From contig JAFGJD010000004.1 in NCBI GenBank assembly GCA_016929235.1, positions 128,866 to 171,163 on the forward strand: a stretch of DNA of 42,298 bases. Direction: 5' to 3'. The notes under the pieces were generated by a model. The model saw only the letters and a program-made list of their open reading frames with translations, made no database searches and was not told where the DNA came from. This DNA is from Candidatus Babeliales bacterium. Its GTDB lineage: Bacteria; Babelota; Babeliae; Babelales; JABCYS01. Positions within the stretch are counted from its first letter, which is position 1. The number at the start of each line of letters is the position of its first letter. Below are positions 27,174 through 37,533 of this stretch, piece by piece. The translations under genes and the position numbers were made by a program.

Positions 27174-27202
27174 ATCCTAGCAACCGCGATATGGGTTGTC
27201 AA
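27174..27202 (-). promoter_or_regulatory. Sigma70 promoter of the candidate sRNA
   Basis: TTGACA-17 bp-TAGGAT with extended -10 TG. Confidence 0.7.
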
Positions 27203-27208
27203 GCATGC

Positions 27209-27260
27209 AGCTTGGGGGGGTGTGTCAGGGTGTAGATGTGCCCCCTGGGAGCTTTTTTTT
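27209..27260 (+). terminator. GU-rich hairpin plus U-tract (plus strand)
   Basis: AGCTTGGGGGGGTGTGTC...GATGTGCCCCCTGGGAGCT followed by a T-run. Confidence 0.5.
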
Positions 27261-27278
27261 AAGGTTAGCCTGCCCACA

Positions 27279-28130
27279 TTATTCAAGTGCATCCAGGTTT
27301 GAAAAGTTTATAATTTCATTATGGAACCATGAGCAAAAGCGTCTTACGGTTTTTTGTAAATTGATACGTTCATGGGAATCATGCAATTGTGGTTCTACTG
27401 TGGTAAAAAATCGATTCATGTCTCGCCTCATAGTATCTACGGCACGTCGCTTGTAATGATTATTCCCACCGCGATAATACATATAGCCCAGTAGGTATTC
27501 ACATTGACGTTCAAGATGCTGAAGCGTTTTAGCTAATGATTCCTGACAGTATGATTGGTCAGCCTCAGAGATGTTGTACTGTGCGTAGCATGATGTGTAG
27601 TGATCGAGGGTACCAAGCAATTTATTGATGCGAGTTTTTTCTTCAAGAAACAATGTTACTGCATCGTACGGACTACATTTGCCAAGCAGTTCTCGATATA
27701 ACTCAGATATGCCAAAACGGTAAGCAATTGTAGCAATGGCGGTTCCCAAAGCAAATTTTCTAAGGGCAGTGCGTGTTTCATCAGTACTCCAAAACCAGGG
27801 TGTAAATTTACGTCCAGATGGATCAGAGGCATCAAAAATAGCTACCAATTTTCTAAGATATTCGACCATAAGATCTTGGGCATTATCATGATGATGAACG
27901 TTTTTTGTTGTTGTATCTCCGGCATTTCCAAAAATACTTTCATATCCTGCATACAAAACAGCAGTGACCATGGCGGTATTGAAGCTTGTTTTGAGCAATG
28001 TTTTCGTTAAGACGATTAACCGGATTTTTTCTTGATGTGCACGAATTGAGCGCATGTTAATGCGTGCATTCGCTTGTTGTGTACACAGAGAGGCAAGGCA
28101 TACAGTAAGGATTAAACTTCGTTTGATCAT
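27279..28130 (-). CDS. Hypothetical exported/membrane protein
   Basis: GGGAG RBS, signal peptide ending ANA, two short hydrophobic segments, helical C-terminus. Confidence 0.8.
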   Translation of the reverse strand: MIKRSLILTVCLASLCTQQANARINMRSIRAHQEKIRLIVLTKTLLKTSFNTAMVTAVLYAGYESIFGNAGDTTTKNVHHHDNAQDLMVEYLRKLVAIFDASDPSGRKFTPWFWSTDETRTALRKFALGTAIATIAYRFGISELYRELLGKCSPYDAVTLFLEEKTRINKLLGTLDHYTSCYAQYNISEADQSYCQESLAKTLQHLERQCEYLLGYMYYRGGNNHYKRRAVDTMRRDMNRFFTTVEPQLHDSHERINLQKTVRRFCSWFHNEIINFSNLDALE

Positions 28131-28141
28131 CCCGATTCTCC

Positions 28142-29764
28142 CTAAAAAAGCTCATTAATTAAAGAATTGATTTCTTTTGTCGTAATGGGCGACATTGCTC
28201 GATAGAATGTTTCGTCATATTCGCGTGTTTGGACCACAACCGGCATTGCAGCGGCATGTCCAAGGATCAGTGCTTGTTTCTTGGTATCCAACGACGACAA
28301 GATAGATCGTAGATTTGATGCATTATTAACACCACTTAGCACGCCTTGTATGTCTTTTTCGTCATTGAGTTGCGCAATGATCTTAGTTCCGATTTGCGAT
28401 AAGACCTCCTCATCGATACCAGAAGGCCGCTGATCAACGATTAAAAGCGATACGTAATACTTTCTCATTTCACGAGCAATGGTGCCAAAGATAGTTTGGC
28501 GAGCTGCAGATGGGCTCAAAAATTTGTGTGCTTCTTCTATACATATCATCAATTTTTTCGGCTCATCACTTTTATTTTGTGAACCCAAGAACTTTTCGGT
28601 TCGTTCAATGTATTCACTATGGATTCGTCGTGTCAGAATATTGGCAATTAACAAATAACAGAAAGTTGAAGTATAGTTGCCAAATTCCACAATGATGTTG
28701 ATGCCTTTATTGATATAATCCATCATGCGATCAATAACAGATTGGTCTTTATATGCTCCACCAGGATGCATTGGCTTGAAGAAGGGAAATCGTTCAATGC
28801 GTTTTAATTTTCTATACAATGCAGCAATTGATTCTGGATGTGCACCAAGTTCTTGTGCAAATTCCTTTAGATTGTCTCCCTGTTCGAGTAAAACTTGTAG
28901 CCAATCTTTTTTATAGCGTGTTGCGATCAGATAGGCTGCTTCAAATGCTGTCGAGTGAAGGTTGAGTTCATTTTGTAGAGAAAGAATATCTTCAACATGA
29001 ATGGCTTGGTACGGAATTACAATTTCAAAATCAGGGCTTCCACCGCGGCGACGTGTTGATTCTGGATCTAAAGAAAAAATGGCAACACGATCAGGAAAGA
29101 GTGTTTTGAGTCCCTTTACGAAATGCTGAGTAGGCCCTTCTTTGCGTGCTTGTAATCCGTATTCACTGTGCATGTCGAAAATAAGATTGACTGCTTTTTC
29201 GTTTTTAATAAGACCTGCCAATACCAAGCGCGTTAAGAATGTTTTACCTGTACCAGTCTTTCCGAAAATACCATTGCTGCGTTCAGTTAGTTTTTCTAAA
29301 TCAAGACAAACAGGAGTTGTCATATCTAATGGACATCCAATATTGAAATAACGCTGCGATGGATCTGCTTCATCACCAAAGATGAGAGCGACGTCCTGAT
29401 GGGTTGCTTCGTATACATGAGAAAAATGTGGAGGAATTGTCTTAACAGGCATCTTTGTATTTTGTTGATCGAGCATCAGCATTGGTTTAAGAGTTGCCGT
29501 TGCATAAATGTCTTTTTTATACAAAATATTTTTTAATAATGGTTCATCAGGTTCTGGCGGGAATAGTAAAATATCGGGAGATGAGACTTCAAGACGCAGG
29601 TCTGTAATGAGCGAAAAGAACCGATGTGTGCTCCCAGAGACGCACACAAATTTTCCTGTTTTGATATCTTCAAGATGTGTTTCAGGACTAATGCGAATCA
29701 CAAACCCTTCGGTTAATGATCCAGATATGACATGACCTACTACCTTTTTCATGCAGGAAAGCAT
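28142..29764 (-). CDS. herA: HerA/DUF87-family ATPase (DNA translocase-like)
   Basis: HAS-barrel-like N-terminus, Walker A GKTGTGKT, IFDMHSEY, Walker B ICIEEAHKF, IAREMRKY, DQRPS. Alternative start 29752. Confidence 0.9.
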   Translation of the reverse strand: MLSCMKKVVGHVISGSLTEGFVIRISPETHLEDIKTGKFVCVSGSTHRFFSLITDLRLEVSSPDILLFPPEPDEPLLKNILYKKDIYATATLKPMLMLDQQNTKMPVKTIPPHFSHVYEATHQDVALIFGDEADPSQRYFNIGCPLDMTTPVCLDLEKLTERSNGIFGKTGTGKTFLTRLVLAGLIKNEKAVNLIFDMHSEYGLQARKEGPTQHFVKGLKTLFPDRVAIFSLDPESTRRRGGSPDFEIVIPYQAIHVEDILSLQNELNLHSTAFEAAYLIATRYKKDWLQVLLEQGDNLKEFAQELGAHPESIAALYRKLKRIERFPFFKPMHPGGAYKDQSVIDRMMDYINKGINIIVEFGNYTSTFCYLLIANILTRRIHSEYIERTEKFLGSQNKSDEPKKLMICIEEAHKFLSPSAARQTIFGTIAREMRKYYVSLLIVDQRPSGIDEEVLSQIGTKIIAQLNDEKDIQGVLSGVNNASNLRSILSSLDTKKQALILGHAAAMPVVVQTREYDETFYRAMSPITTKEINSLINELF

Positions 29765-29787
29765 AAATCAAAGATAGACAATTGCAA

Positions 29788-30576
29788 CTACGTAAGATAG
29801 GTATCTAATCGCTTAAACCAACCGGGTATAAATTGTTGTTCGTTTCGTGTCGGAGGAGCATGGACGACGCGTTCTTGTAAAACATCTTTAGCATTGGTTA
29901 CAAAGTCTTGGAGCGCCGTTTTTGTGTTTATGCCATTCATTTTTTGAAGAATCTGTAATAAGCCCCATCCATGTCCGTGATACTGCTCTTTTAGTTTAAT
30001 ACCGATACCTTTAAAATTTACGTAGTCAACAAGGGCATAGATTCCATTTGGTGCTTGTGCTACACGGTAAAATTGTTGTTTGATATGAGCGCGTTTAGCG
30101 CGAGGGAGACTTTCGATCATGATAGGTACTGCATCGATCATACGTTGCACGATAAATGCTGCCTGAGCTTCAAATGTGTTTTTTAAAAATACTCGCAACT
30201 CTTTCATGCGCTTGCTATTGAAGTCTCGCATAAATGCATCACGTGTTTTCCAGGGGCAGGGGGTTTGTGGTGTAAGCCACGATGGTAGACTAATGCCCTT
30301 ATTTTGCATGAAGGATAAGACAAGTGGAAATCCTTCAGAAAACGGACATGATGTCCCTTGGGGGCACCAAATAAAATGTCCGATGCCAAGCGATGGGAAT
30401 TCTTCAGCCTGATGCCAAAAGGTGAGATTATCCTCTTTTCCGCCACACTCATTCTGCCAAATCTTATAGCCAATGTTGCGAGCTTGATCTTTCGAAATAA
30501 TGAGTTGTTCTCCATGTATTAGGGGGGACGCAAGCATAGTTGTTGCGTAGAAAAGAGTAAGCTTATACTTCATCAC
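29788..30576 (-). CDS. Secreted conserved hypothetical protein, possible lysozyme-like fold
   Basis: AAGGAG RBS and signal peptide; motif-like blocks IWQNECGG, FPSLGIGHFIW, YALVDYVNFKG, GWGLLQIL, GWFKRLDTY. Confidence 0.75.
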   Translation of the reverse strand: MMKYKLTLFYATTMLASPLIHGEQLIISKDQARNIGYKIWQNECGGKEDNLTFWHQAEEFPSLGIGHFIWCPQGTSCPFSEGFPLVLSFMQNKGISLPSWLTPQTPCPWKTRDAFMRDFNSKRMKELRVFLKNTFEAQAAFIVQRMIDAVPIMIESLPRAKRAHIKQQFYRVAQAPNGIYALVDYVNFKGIGIKLKEQYHGHGWGLLQILQKMNGINTKTALQDFVTNAKDVLQERVVHAPPTRNEQQFIPGWFKRLDTYLT

Positions 30577-30640
30577 TGATTCTCCTTAATATCAGCATGT
30601 AGTGTAAAAAAATGGAATAGAGGAATACAAGGATTCTGGT

Positions 30641-30880
30641 TTATTGGTCGAGTAAAACCATGGCGTTCTCACGAGTTATTTTTATGACCCCGCTAGTGAT
30701 ATCAATAATTTCTTGTTTACCACTGTTGAGCCATATAATGAATCGTGATTTCTCTTTGAGGGTAAGTACTTCGGGAACGTGATCTTTTTTGACAACAAAA
30801 TTACCTACAGGTGTATCGAATTCTATCCATGCAGCATGATAGGTTTGTTGTATGGTTGGGCCAAGAATAATGACTTTCAT
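30641..30880 (-). CDS. atpC: ATP synthase epsilon subunit, N-terminal beta-domain only
   Basis: Directly after atpD; I..P..., TPVGNFVV...HVP, ITSGVIKI pattern; 79 aa. Confidence 0.8.
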   Translation of the reverse strand: MKVIILGPTIQQTYHAAWIEFDTPVGNFVVKKDHVPEVLTLKEKSRFIIWLNSGKQEIIDITSGVIKITRENAMVLLDQ

Positions 30881-30885
30881 GATGA

Positions 30886-32358
<1,473 letters not shown>

Positions 32359-32477
32359 TTACGCATTCTACTGACAAAAAGGCTAATTCAATTGCGCATC
32401 TTTCGCAAGAACATTGTGTTTCAACAGTGCCATACGGTACACTGCAGGCATCGTTATTCAATAGGAGTGAGGGTAGC

Positions 32478-33044
32478 ATGAATAAAAAGATTGTTCCGAT
32501 TTTGATTAGTATTGTTCTTAGTCTCTGCGGTATTTTATATGTAACACGATCGTGGCGCAAAATAGAAGTATGCCCTTCTCCGGGAGCATCTATTGGAACC
32601 GTGGTCATTTGGAATAAAACCGATCAGCAAGTCGAACTTTCTCTAAAACAGATTCGTCATGAAGCACAAACTATTGTGGTTAATAAATGTATTCGCGCGT
32701 GTATGACGGTTCTTACCAAGGATGAGTCATCCAGCGAGGTGGATCCGATATCTCATTTATATGTGACCTATGATGGCAAAAAGTACCGATTCAATGACAC
32801 AGATATGTTGAATGCATTTCCCAATAAGAAAGGTGACAAACCAGATACCAAAATTCCTACCCGTAATTTTGTTCTTTTTGTTATCTCTGCGGGTGTTGGC
32901 GAATGGGAAAATGTAAAAAGACGTCTTGAGGCTGATGGAAAAGAATTGAGCGAAAAATTAAACTACCTCGTACTCAGCAACTATCATAAACTTGCCCATC
33001 CTTGGGATGACGATGCGGTTCTTTCTATTGTAAAATTACACTAA
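32478..33044 (+). CDS. Hypothetical protein with N-terminal membrane anchor
   Basis: AGGAG/GAGGG RBS before ATG 32478 (MNKKIVPILISIVLSL). The track start at 32301 overlaps atpD and is unlikely. Confidence 0.75.
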   Translation: MNKKIVPILISIVLSLCGILYVTRSWRKIEVCPSPGASIGTVVIWNKTDQQVELSLKQIRHEAQTIVVNKCIRACMTVLTKDESSSEVDPISHLYVTYDGKKYRFNDTDMLNAFPNKKGDKPDTKIPTRNFVLFVISAGVGEWENVKRRLEADGKELSEKLNYLVLSNYHKLAHPWDDDAVLSIVKLH

Positions 33045-34144
33045 GAACGCCGGAAAGCTTGTAATAGGTTGCAATCTACCGTTTGCGCTCGGCGCTCGAG
33101 TTCATCCATGGTTAGTAGGCCCGTTTTTGCATCCATGTGCTCTACAGTCGAAGCGGCGTTGATAACGCCATGTCGGATGGCTTCTTCAAGCGATTTTCCT
33201 GCTGCTAATGTTCCTACAAAACTTGAACCAAATGCGTCGCCAGAACCCAATGTATTTACGACAGGCACAGGAATGCTTGGATGAAAATATATCTTGGCAT
33301 CGTGTGCCACATAGACGCCTTCGGCGCCGTTAGTAACAACAACAGTATGAGGTCCTAGGCTTAGTGCTTCAGTGAAGAAGTCTTGTAGACTAAAAACATT
33401 TTCTCCAATCCGATGATGCGAAAGAAGGGTGGGCAATTTGTTTGAAGATGCTTCTTTGAGTTTAATAAGTCGTTGTTTGAGCTGATTATTGTTTTGTGCC
33501 ATAGAAGTAAGGAGCAGTTGAGCCTCAGACGCATTTAGAATCAAAATATCTATATACGGGAGAGATTTTCGGAGCATGTGTGCACCTGCTGTTAGCTGGC
33601 TTCCTCCAGGATTATTTGCGACAGGAATGTTATGCCGTTTTGCTTCCTGAACAATCGTTATAAGGTGGTGTGCTGAATCTCCACTCAACGAGGTGATATA
33701 GAGCTGATCACATGTCTTTAACAAAGAGAGTGGGAGCTCTTGATTTGTTATATGAGCATTGGCTCCACGGTATGCAAAAATGATCCGATCTCCTGATGGA
33801 GCAGGAATGATAAATGAGACACCTGTCCCATATTGATCTGTTTGGACTATATGATCTGTGGGGATACCGGCGGATGTTAGTCGATTAAGAACGTAGGCGG
33901 CCTGTGTATCGCAACCTAATTTGAAAAAAGGGGTGACATCGAAGCCCAAGGTTTTAAAGGCAAAGGAGGCGTTATTTGCGCCGCCTCCTGTTTCATAGGC
34001 TATACGTTCTACTTCGATTTTGCTTCCCTCTTTGAGCATGATGTACTCAAAGAGACCTTCGGGCGTAGCAATATTTTGTGTTTCAGCTCCCGTGTGAAGG
34101 ATGAACACATCTTGCGTTGCGCCACCAATGGTTACTATGTTCAT
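33041..34144 (-). CDS. PfkB/ribokinase-family carbohydrate or nucleoside kinase
   Basis: IGGATQD, TGGGANNAS, LILNASEA, VVTNGAEG, NTLGSGDAF; TAATG overlap with lon. Confidence 0.93.
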   Translation of the reverse strand: MNIVTIGGATQDVFILHTGAETQNIATPEGLFEYIMLKEGSKIEVERIAYETGGGANNASFAFKTLGFDVTPFFKLGCDTQAAYVLNRLTSAGIPTDHIVQTDQYGTGVSFIIPAPSGDRIIFAYRGANAHITNQELPLSLLKTCDQLYITSLSGDSAHHLITIVQEAKRHNIPVANNPGGSQLTAGAHMLRKSLPYIDILILNASEAQLLLTSMAQNNNQLKQRLIKLKEASSNKLPTLLSHHRIGENVFSLQDFFTEALSLGPHTVVVTNGAEGVYVAHDAKIYFHPSIPVPVVNTLGSGDAFGSSFVGTLAAGKSLEEAIRHGVINAASTVEHMDAKTGLLTMDELERRAQTVDCNLLQAFRRS

Positions 34145-36510
34145 TACTTAGATTTCGACTTCTTTTCCTCAGGCCCAGGATTCAATACTCGTTTTATAAC
34201 TTCTTCGGCAGTGTTGACAAAAATGACCTCTATATCTTGTACGATATCTTCCAATCCGACAAGATCATTTTTGTTTTTCAATGGAAGAATGATATGAGGT
34301 ACGCCATTACGTTTTGCTGCGAGTATTTTTTCCTTAACGCCACCAATTGGCATAACATCACCGCGTAAATTAAGTTCGCCAGTCATGGCAAACTTTGCAT
34401 TAATTGGTCGATTGGTGAGTGCGGAAAGAATTGACGAAAGCATCGTGATACCGGCGGATGGACCATCTTTTGGTACCGCTCCTGCAGGGACGTGAATATG
34501 CAGATCATTGTGCGTGAATGTTTTTAGTTCGATGCCAAACTCTTTTGCGTGGGCTCGAGCATAGCTGAGCGCTGCTTGAGCTGACTCTTTCATGACATCC
34601 CCAAGCTGACCCGTGAGGATGAGTCGTCCGCGACCCGGCATTAATACAGCTTCGATACGAATCATTTCGCCACCAGCAGATGTCCAAGCAAGGCCATTGG
34701 TGATACCAACAAGATCAGTATGGTTTACATCGTCTTCAATAAATTTTCTTGGTCCAAGATACTTTTCGATATTTTCTTTATTGAAGGCTGGATTGTTTTT
34801 TGTTTCAACATAGGAGCGGGCTGCTTTTTGGAAAAGTTTACGCACGGTACGTTCGAGCTGTCGTACGCCGGCTTCTCTTGTATAGTTCATAATCAAATCT
34901 AGAAGTACATCATCTGCTACATCTATGTTCCCTTTGAGACCGGAGTCCTCAAATGCTTTTCTGACAAGATGCTGTTTTGCGATTTGCATCTTTTCTTCAT
35001 GCGTGTAGCCAGAAAGATGAATTACTTCCATACGGTCACGGAGAGGATCTGATACGGAATCAATATTATTTGCTGTGGCAATAAAGATTACTTTAGAAAG
35101 ATCAAATGGAACACCAAGGTAGTTGTCATAGAATGATTTGTTTTGTGCAGGATCAAGGACTTCGAGCATTGCTGCTGAAGGATCGCCTCTAAAGTCGGAA
35201 CCAAGTTTGTCAATTTCATCGATGAGAATAATAGGGTTAAGCGATCCTGCTTTCTTAATGGCCTGGATGAAGCGTCCTGGCATTGCGCCTACGTACGTTC
35301 TTCTGTGTCCACGGATTTCTGCTTCGTCTTTTACACCACCAAGGGAAATACGTGCGAACTTTCTTCCCAAACTGCGTGCAATGGATTTACCAAGTGAAGT
35401 TTTACCGGTTCCCGGAGGACCTGCAAAACACAAGATTGGAGTGTGTCCGTCTTGGTTGAGATTTTTTACTGAAATAAAGTCCAGAATTCTATCTTTGATA
35501 TCTTTGAGACCATAATGATCCTCATCAAGAATTTGCTTAGCATTGTTGATGTCCAGATTATCTTTCGTTGATTCATTCCATGGGAGTGAAACGACGAGCT
35601 CAAGATAATTTCGTGTGACAGCTGCCTCCATCGAGTCACTTGCCATTCGTTCAAGGCGGTTGATTTGCCGTTTGATTTCTGAAGAAACTTCTTCTGAAAG
35701 CTCGAGTTCTAATATTTTCTCACGAATCTTGTCGATTTCTTCATCGTCGTCTTCACCGAGTTCCTTTTTGATAGCCTTAAGTTGCTCCCTAAGATAGTAT
35801 TCTTTTTGTGACTGATTCATGGAATCGCGTGCATGATTTTTAATGCGCTCCTGTACTTCTGCAACTTCAATTTCACGAGTTAATTGTTGATAGATTTCTG
35901 AGAGAAATTCTTTTTGACTTTCACATTCAAGGAGTTCCTGTGCTCGCTCCACGGATATATTCAGGTGCGAAAGGATAAAGTCAGCTATCTTTGCAGGATC
36001 TTGTATCTTGGAGAGGATTACATGAAAATCAGGACTAAATGATTTTCCTGATGCAGCCATACGCTCAGCTAGTTCTTTAATGTTTTTAATTTGGGCATCA
36101 AGTTCCGGATCTTCATGATTTTCATCAAAAGGAAGGGCCTTGATTTCTGCAGAGAGAGTGTTTTCATCAGCACTAATATTTTGAACCTCTGCTTTGCAGA
36201 TACCTTGTACCAAAATCTTTATGCCGCCTTCGGGAATACGGATCATACGCATAATGGATGCTACTGTACCGACCGAATAGAGATCCTGTGTTCCGATAGC
36301 TGCCTGTTGATCAGTAACTTGTTTTTGCGCAGCTAAAAGAAGCACCATCTTTGACTGGTCGAGTGCTTTATTGATTCCCTCGATAATGCGCTCATCAAGA
36401 ACAAGGAGCGGTACTATCATGTGAGGAAAAACAACGACATCCATCGTCGGAATTACAGGTAAATGGGTTGGCAAATTCTCGTGACTTAACGCGTTTGCAA
36501 CCGTTTTCAT
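34144..36510 (-). CDS. lon: ATP-dependent protease La
   Basis: N-domain VVFPHM, GPPGTGKTS, IRGHRRTYVGAMPG, DEIDK, PKDGPSAG, GGVKEK. Confidence 0.98.
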   Translation of the reverse strand: MKTVANALSHENLPTHLPVIPTMDVVVFPHMIVPLLVLDERIIEGINKALDQSKMVLLLAAQKQVTDQQAAIGTQDLYSVGTVASIMRMIRIPEGGIKILVQGICKAEVQNISADENTLSAEIKALPFDENHEDPELDAQIKNIKELAERMAASGKSFSPDFHVILSKIQDPAKIADFILSHLNISVERAQELLECESQKEFLSEIYQQLTREIEVAEVQERIKNHARDSMNQSQKEYYLREQLKAIKKELGEDDDEEIDKIREKILELELSEEVSSEIKRQINRLERMASDSMEAAVTRNYLELVVSLPWNESTKDNLDINNAKQILDEDHYGLKDIKDRILDFISVKNLNQDGHTPILCFAGPPGTGKTSLGKSIARSLGRKFARISLGGVKDEAEIRGHRRTYVGAMPGRFIQAIKKAGSLNPIILIDEIDKLGSDFRGDPSAAMLEVLDPAQNKSFYDNYLGVPFDLSKVIFIATANNIDSVSDPLRDRMEVIHLSGYTHEEKMQIAKQHLVRKAFEDSGLKGNIDVADDVLLDLIMNYTREAGVRQLERTVRKLFQKAARSYVETKNNPAFNKENIEKYLGPRKFIEDDVNHTDLVGITNGLAWTSAGGEMIRIEAVLMPGRGRLILTGQLGDVMKESAQAALSYARAHAKEFGIELKTFTHNDLHIHVPAGAVPKDGPSAGITMLSSILSALTNRPINAKFAMTGELNLRGDVMPIGGVKEKILAAKRNGVPHIILPLKNKNDLVGLEDIVQDIEVIFVNTAEEVIKRVLNPGPEEKKSKSK

Positions 36511-36727
36511 AAGATGGCCCCCTTTTTCATTCAGCTATTGTATTCTGATACTCTCTATGCGTGATGGCATAGGTACTGTGGTATTGTGTCCCTCTATCCT
36601 TAGTGTAGAGAAACTTTTTTGCGAAAAACAAGGAACTTTCATACAAGTAGGTTTTTTTTCAGAAACAGCTATTATTTTTGGATCGTTCCTTTGTCATATG
36701 CTTGAATTTTCAATCTGAGGATGATTC

Positions 36728-37414
36728 GTGAAGGACACAGTTTTAGAGCTTTCTCGTGTTTCCAAGTCCTTCCAAGAAGGTAAGACAATATTACGTGTTC
36801 TGGAAGAGATAAATGCGAAGTTTTTTCAGGGGAATTCATATGCAATCTCTGGAGTTTCTGGTTCGGGGAAATCGACCTTAATGCATATCATGGCGGGAAT
36901 TGAATCTCCTGATGGAGGAACAGTTTTCTTTTCAGGGAAATCTCTTTCAACATTTTCTTCTCTAGAACGTTCACAGCTGTTAAATAAGCAGATGGGGCTA
37001 GTGTTTCAGAATCCATACTTAATTAAAGAACTTACTATTCTGGAAAATACTGCGCTTAAGGGACTCATTTCCGGAGAATCTCGCGATGAGAGTTATCAAC
37101 GAGCACGCGTGTTGCTTAAACAAGTTGGTCTTGCGTCAAAAGACCATACATATCCTGGCGCATTGTCAGGAGGACAGCAGCAACGGGCGGCTCTTGCAAG
37201 GGCGCTCTTTCATAGGCCGACAGTAATTCTGGCAGATGAACCAACGGGCAATCTTGATAAAGCTACTGGAAAATCAATAATTGACCTTCTGGTTGAGCAT
37301 CAAAAAAGCGATGGTTCAGCACTCGTTATATGTTCTCATGATCCATATGTTCTTGATACTATGGAGCATGGGTATGTCTTGAGCGGAGGGTTATTGCAAA
37401 AAATTAAAGGTTAG
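36728..37414 (+). CDS. lolD: LolD-like ABC ATPase
   Basis: GVSGSGKSTL, LSGGQQQRAALARAL, ADEPTGNLD; 228 aa. Confidence 0.8.
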   Translation: MKDTVLELSRVSKSFQEGKTILRVLEEINAKFFQGNSYAISGVSGSGKSTLMHIMAGIESPDGGTVFFSGKSLSTFSSLERSQLLNKQMGLVFQNPYLIKELTILENTALKGLISGESRDESYQRARVLLKQVGLASKDHTYPGALSGGQQQRAALARALFHRPTVILADEPTGNLDKATGKSIIDLLVEHQKSDGSALVICSHDPYVLDTMEHGYVLSGGLLQKIKG

Positions 37415-37533
37415 CTTGATGTAATGCTAGTTACCATGATTATGATCATATGGTATAACAAGTAGCATTCTATCGTGGGGGTATGAGGCGCATCTTTTCA
37501 TGTTCTTAAATATGGCATCAGCAAGGAGTTGCA

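Noticed and set aside
27048..27278. Possible 6S, SRP or tmRNA, or a MITE bounded by AAAAAAAGC/GCTTTTTTT
   Set aside because: No SRP GGAA-loop motif, 6S-like rod or tRNA-like ends seen; the terminal inverted match is explained by two opposite U-tract terminators.
27196..27456. 86-aa plus-strand ORF
   Set aside because: Starts inside the promoter/hairpin region and overlaps the 283-aa gene antisense; no RBS.
28142..29764. HerA-based anti-phage defence system
   Set aside because: No Sir2, nuclease or other effector gene adjacent; the HAS-barrel form fits the repair-type HerA.
37431..37456. Imperfect palindrome TACCATGAT...ATCATATGGTA upstream of murJ
   Set aside because: Single AT-rich imperfect instance, with no second copy or recognisable operator consensus.
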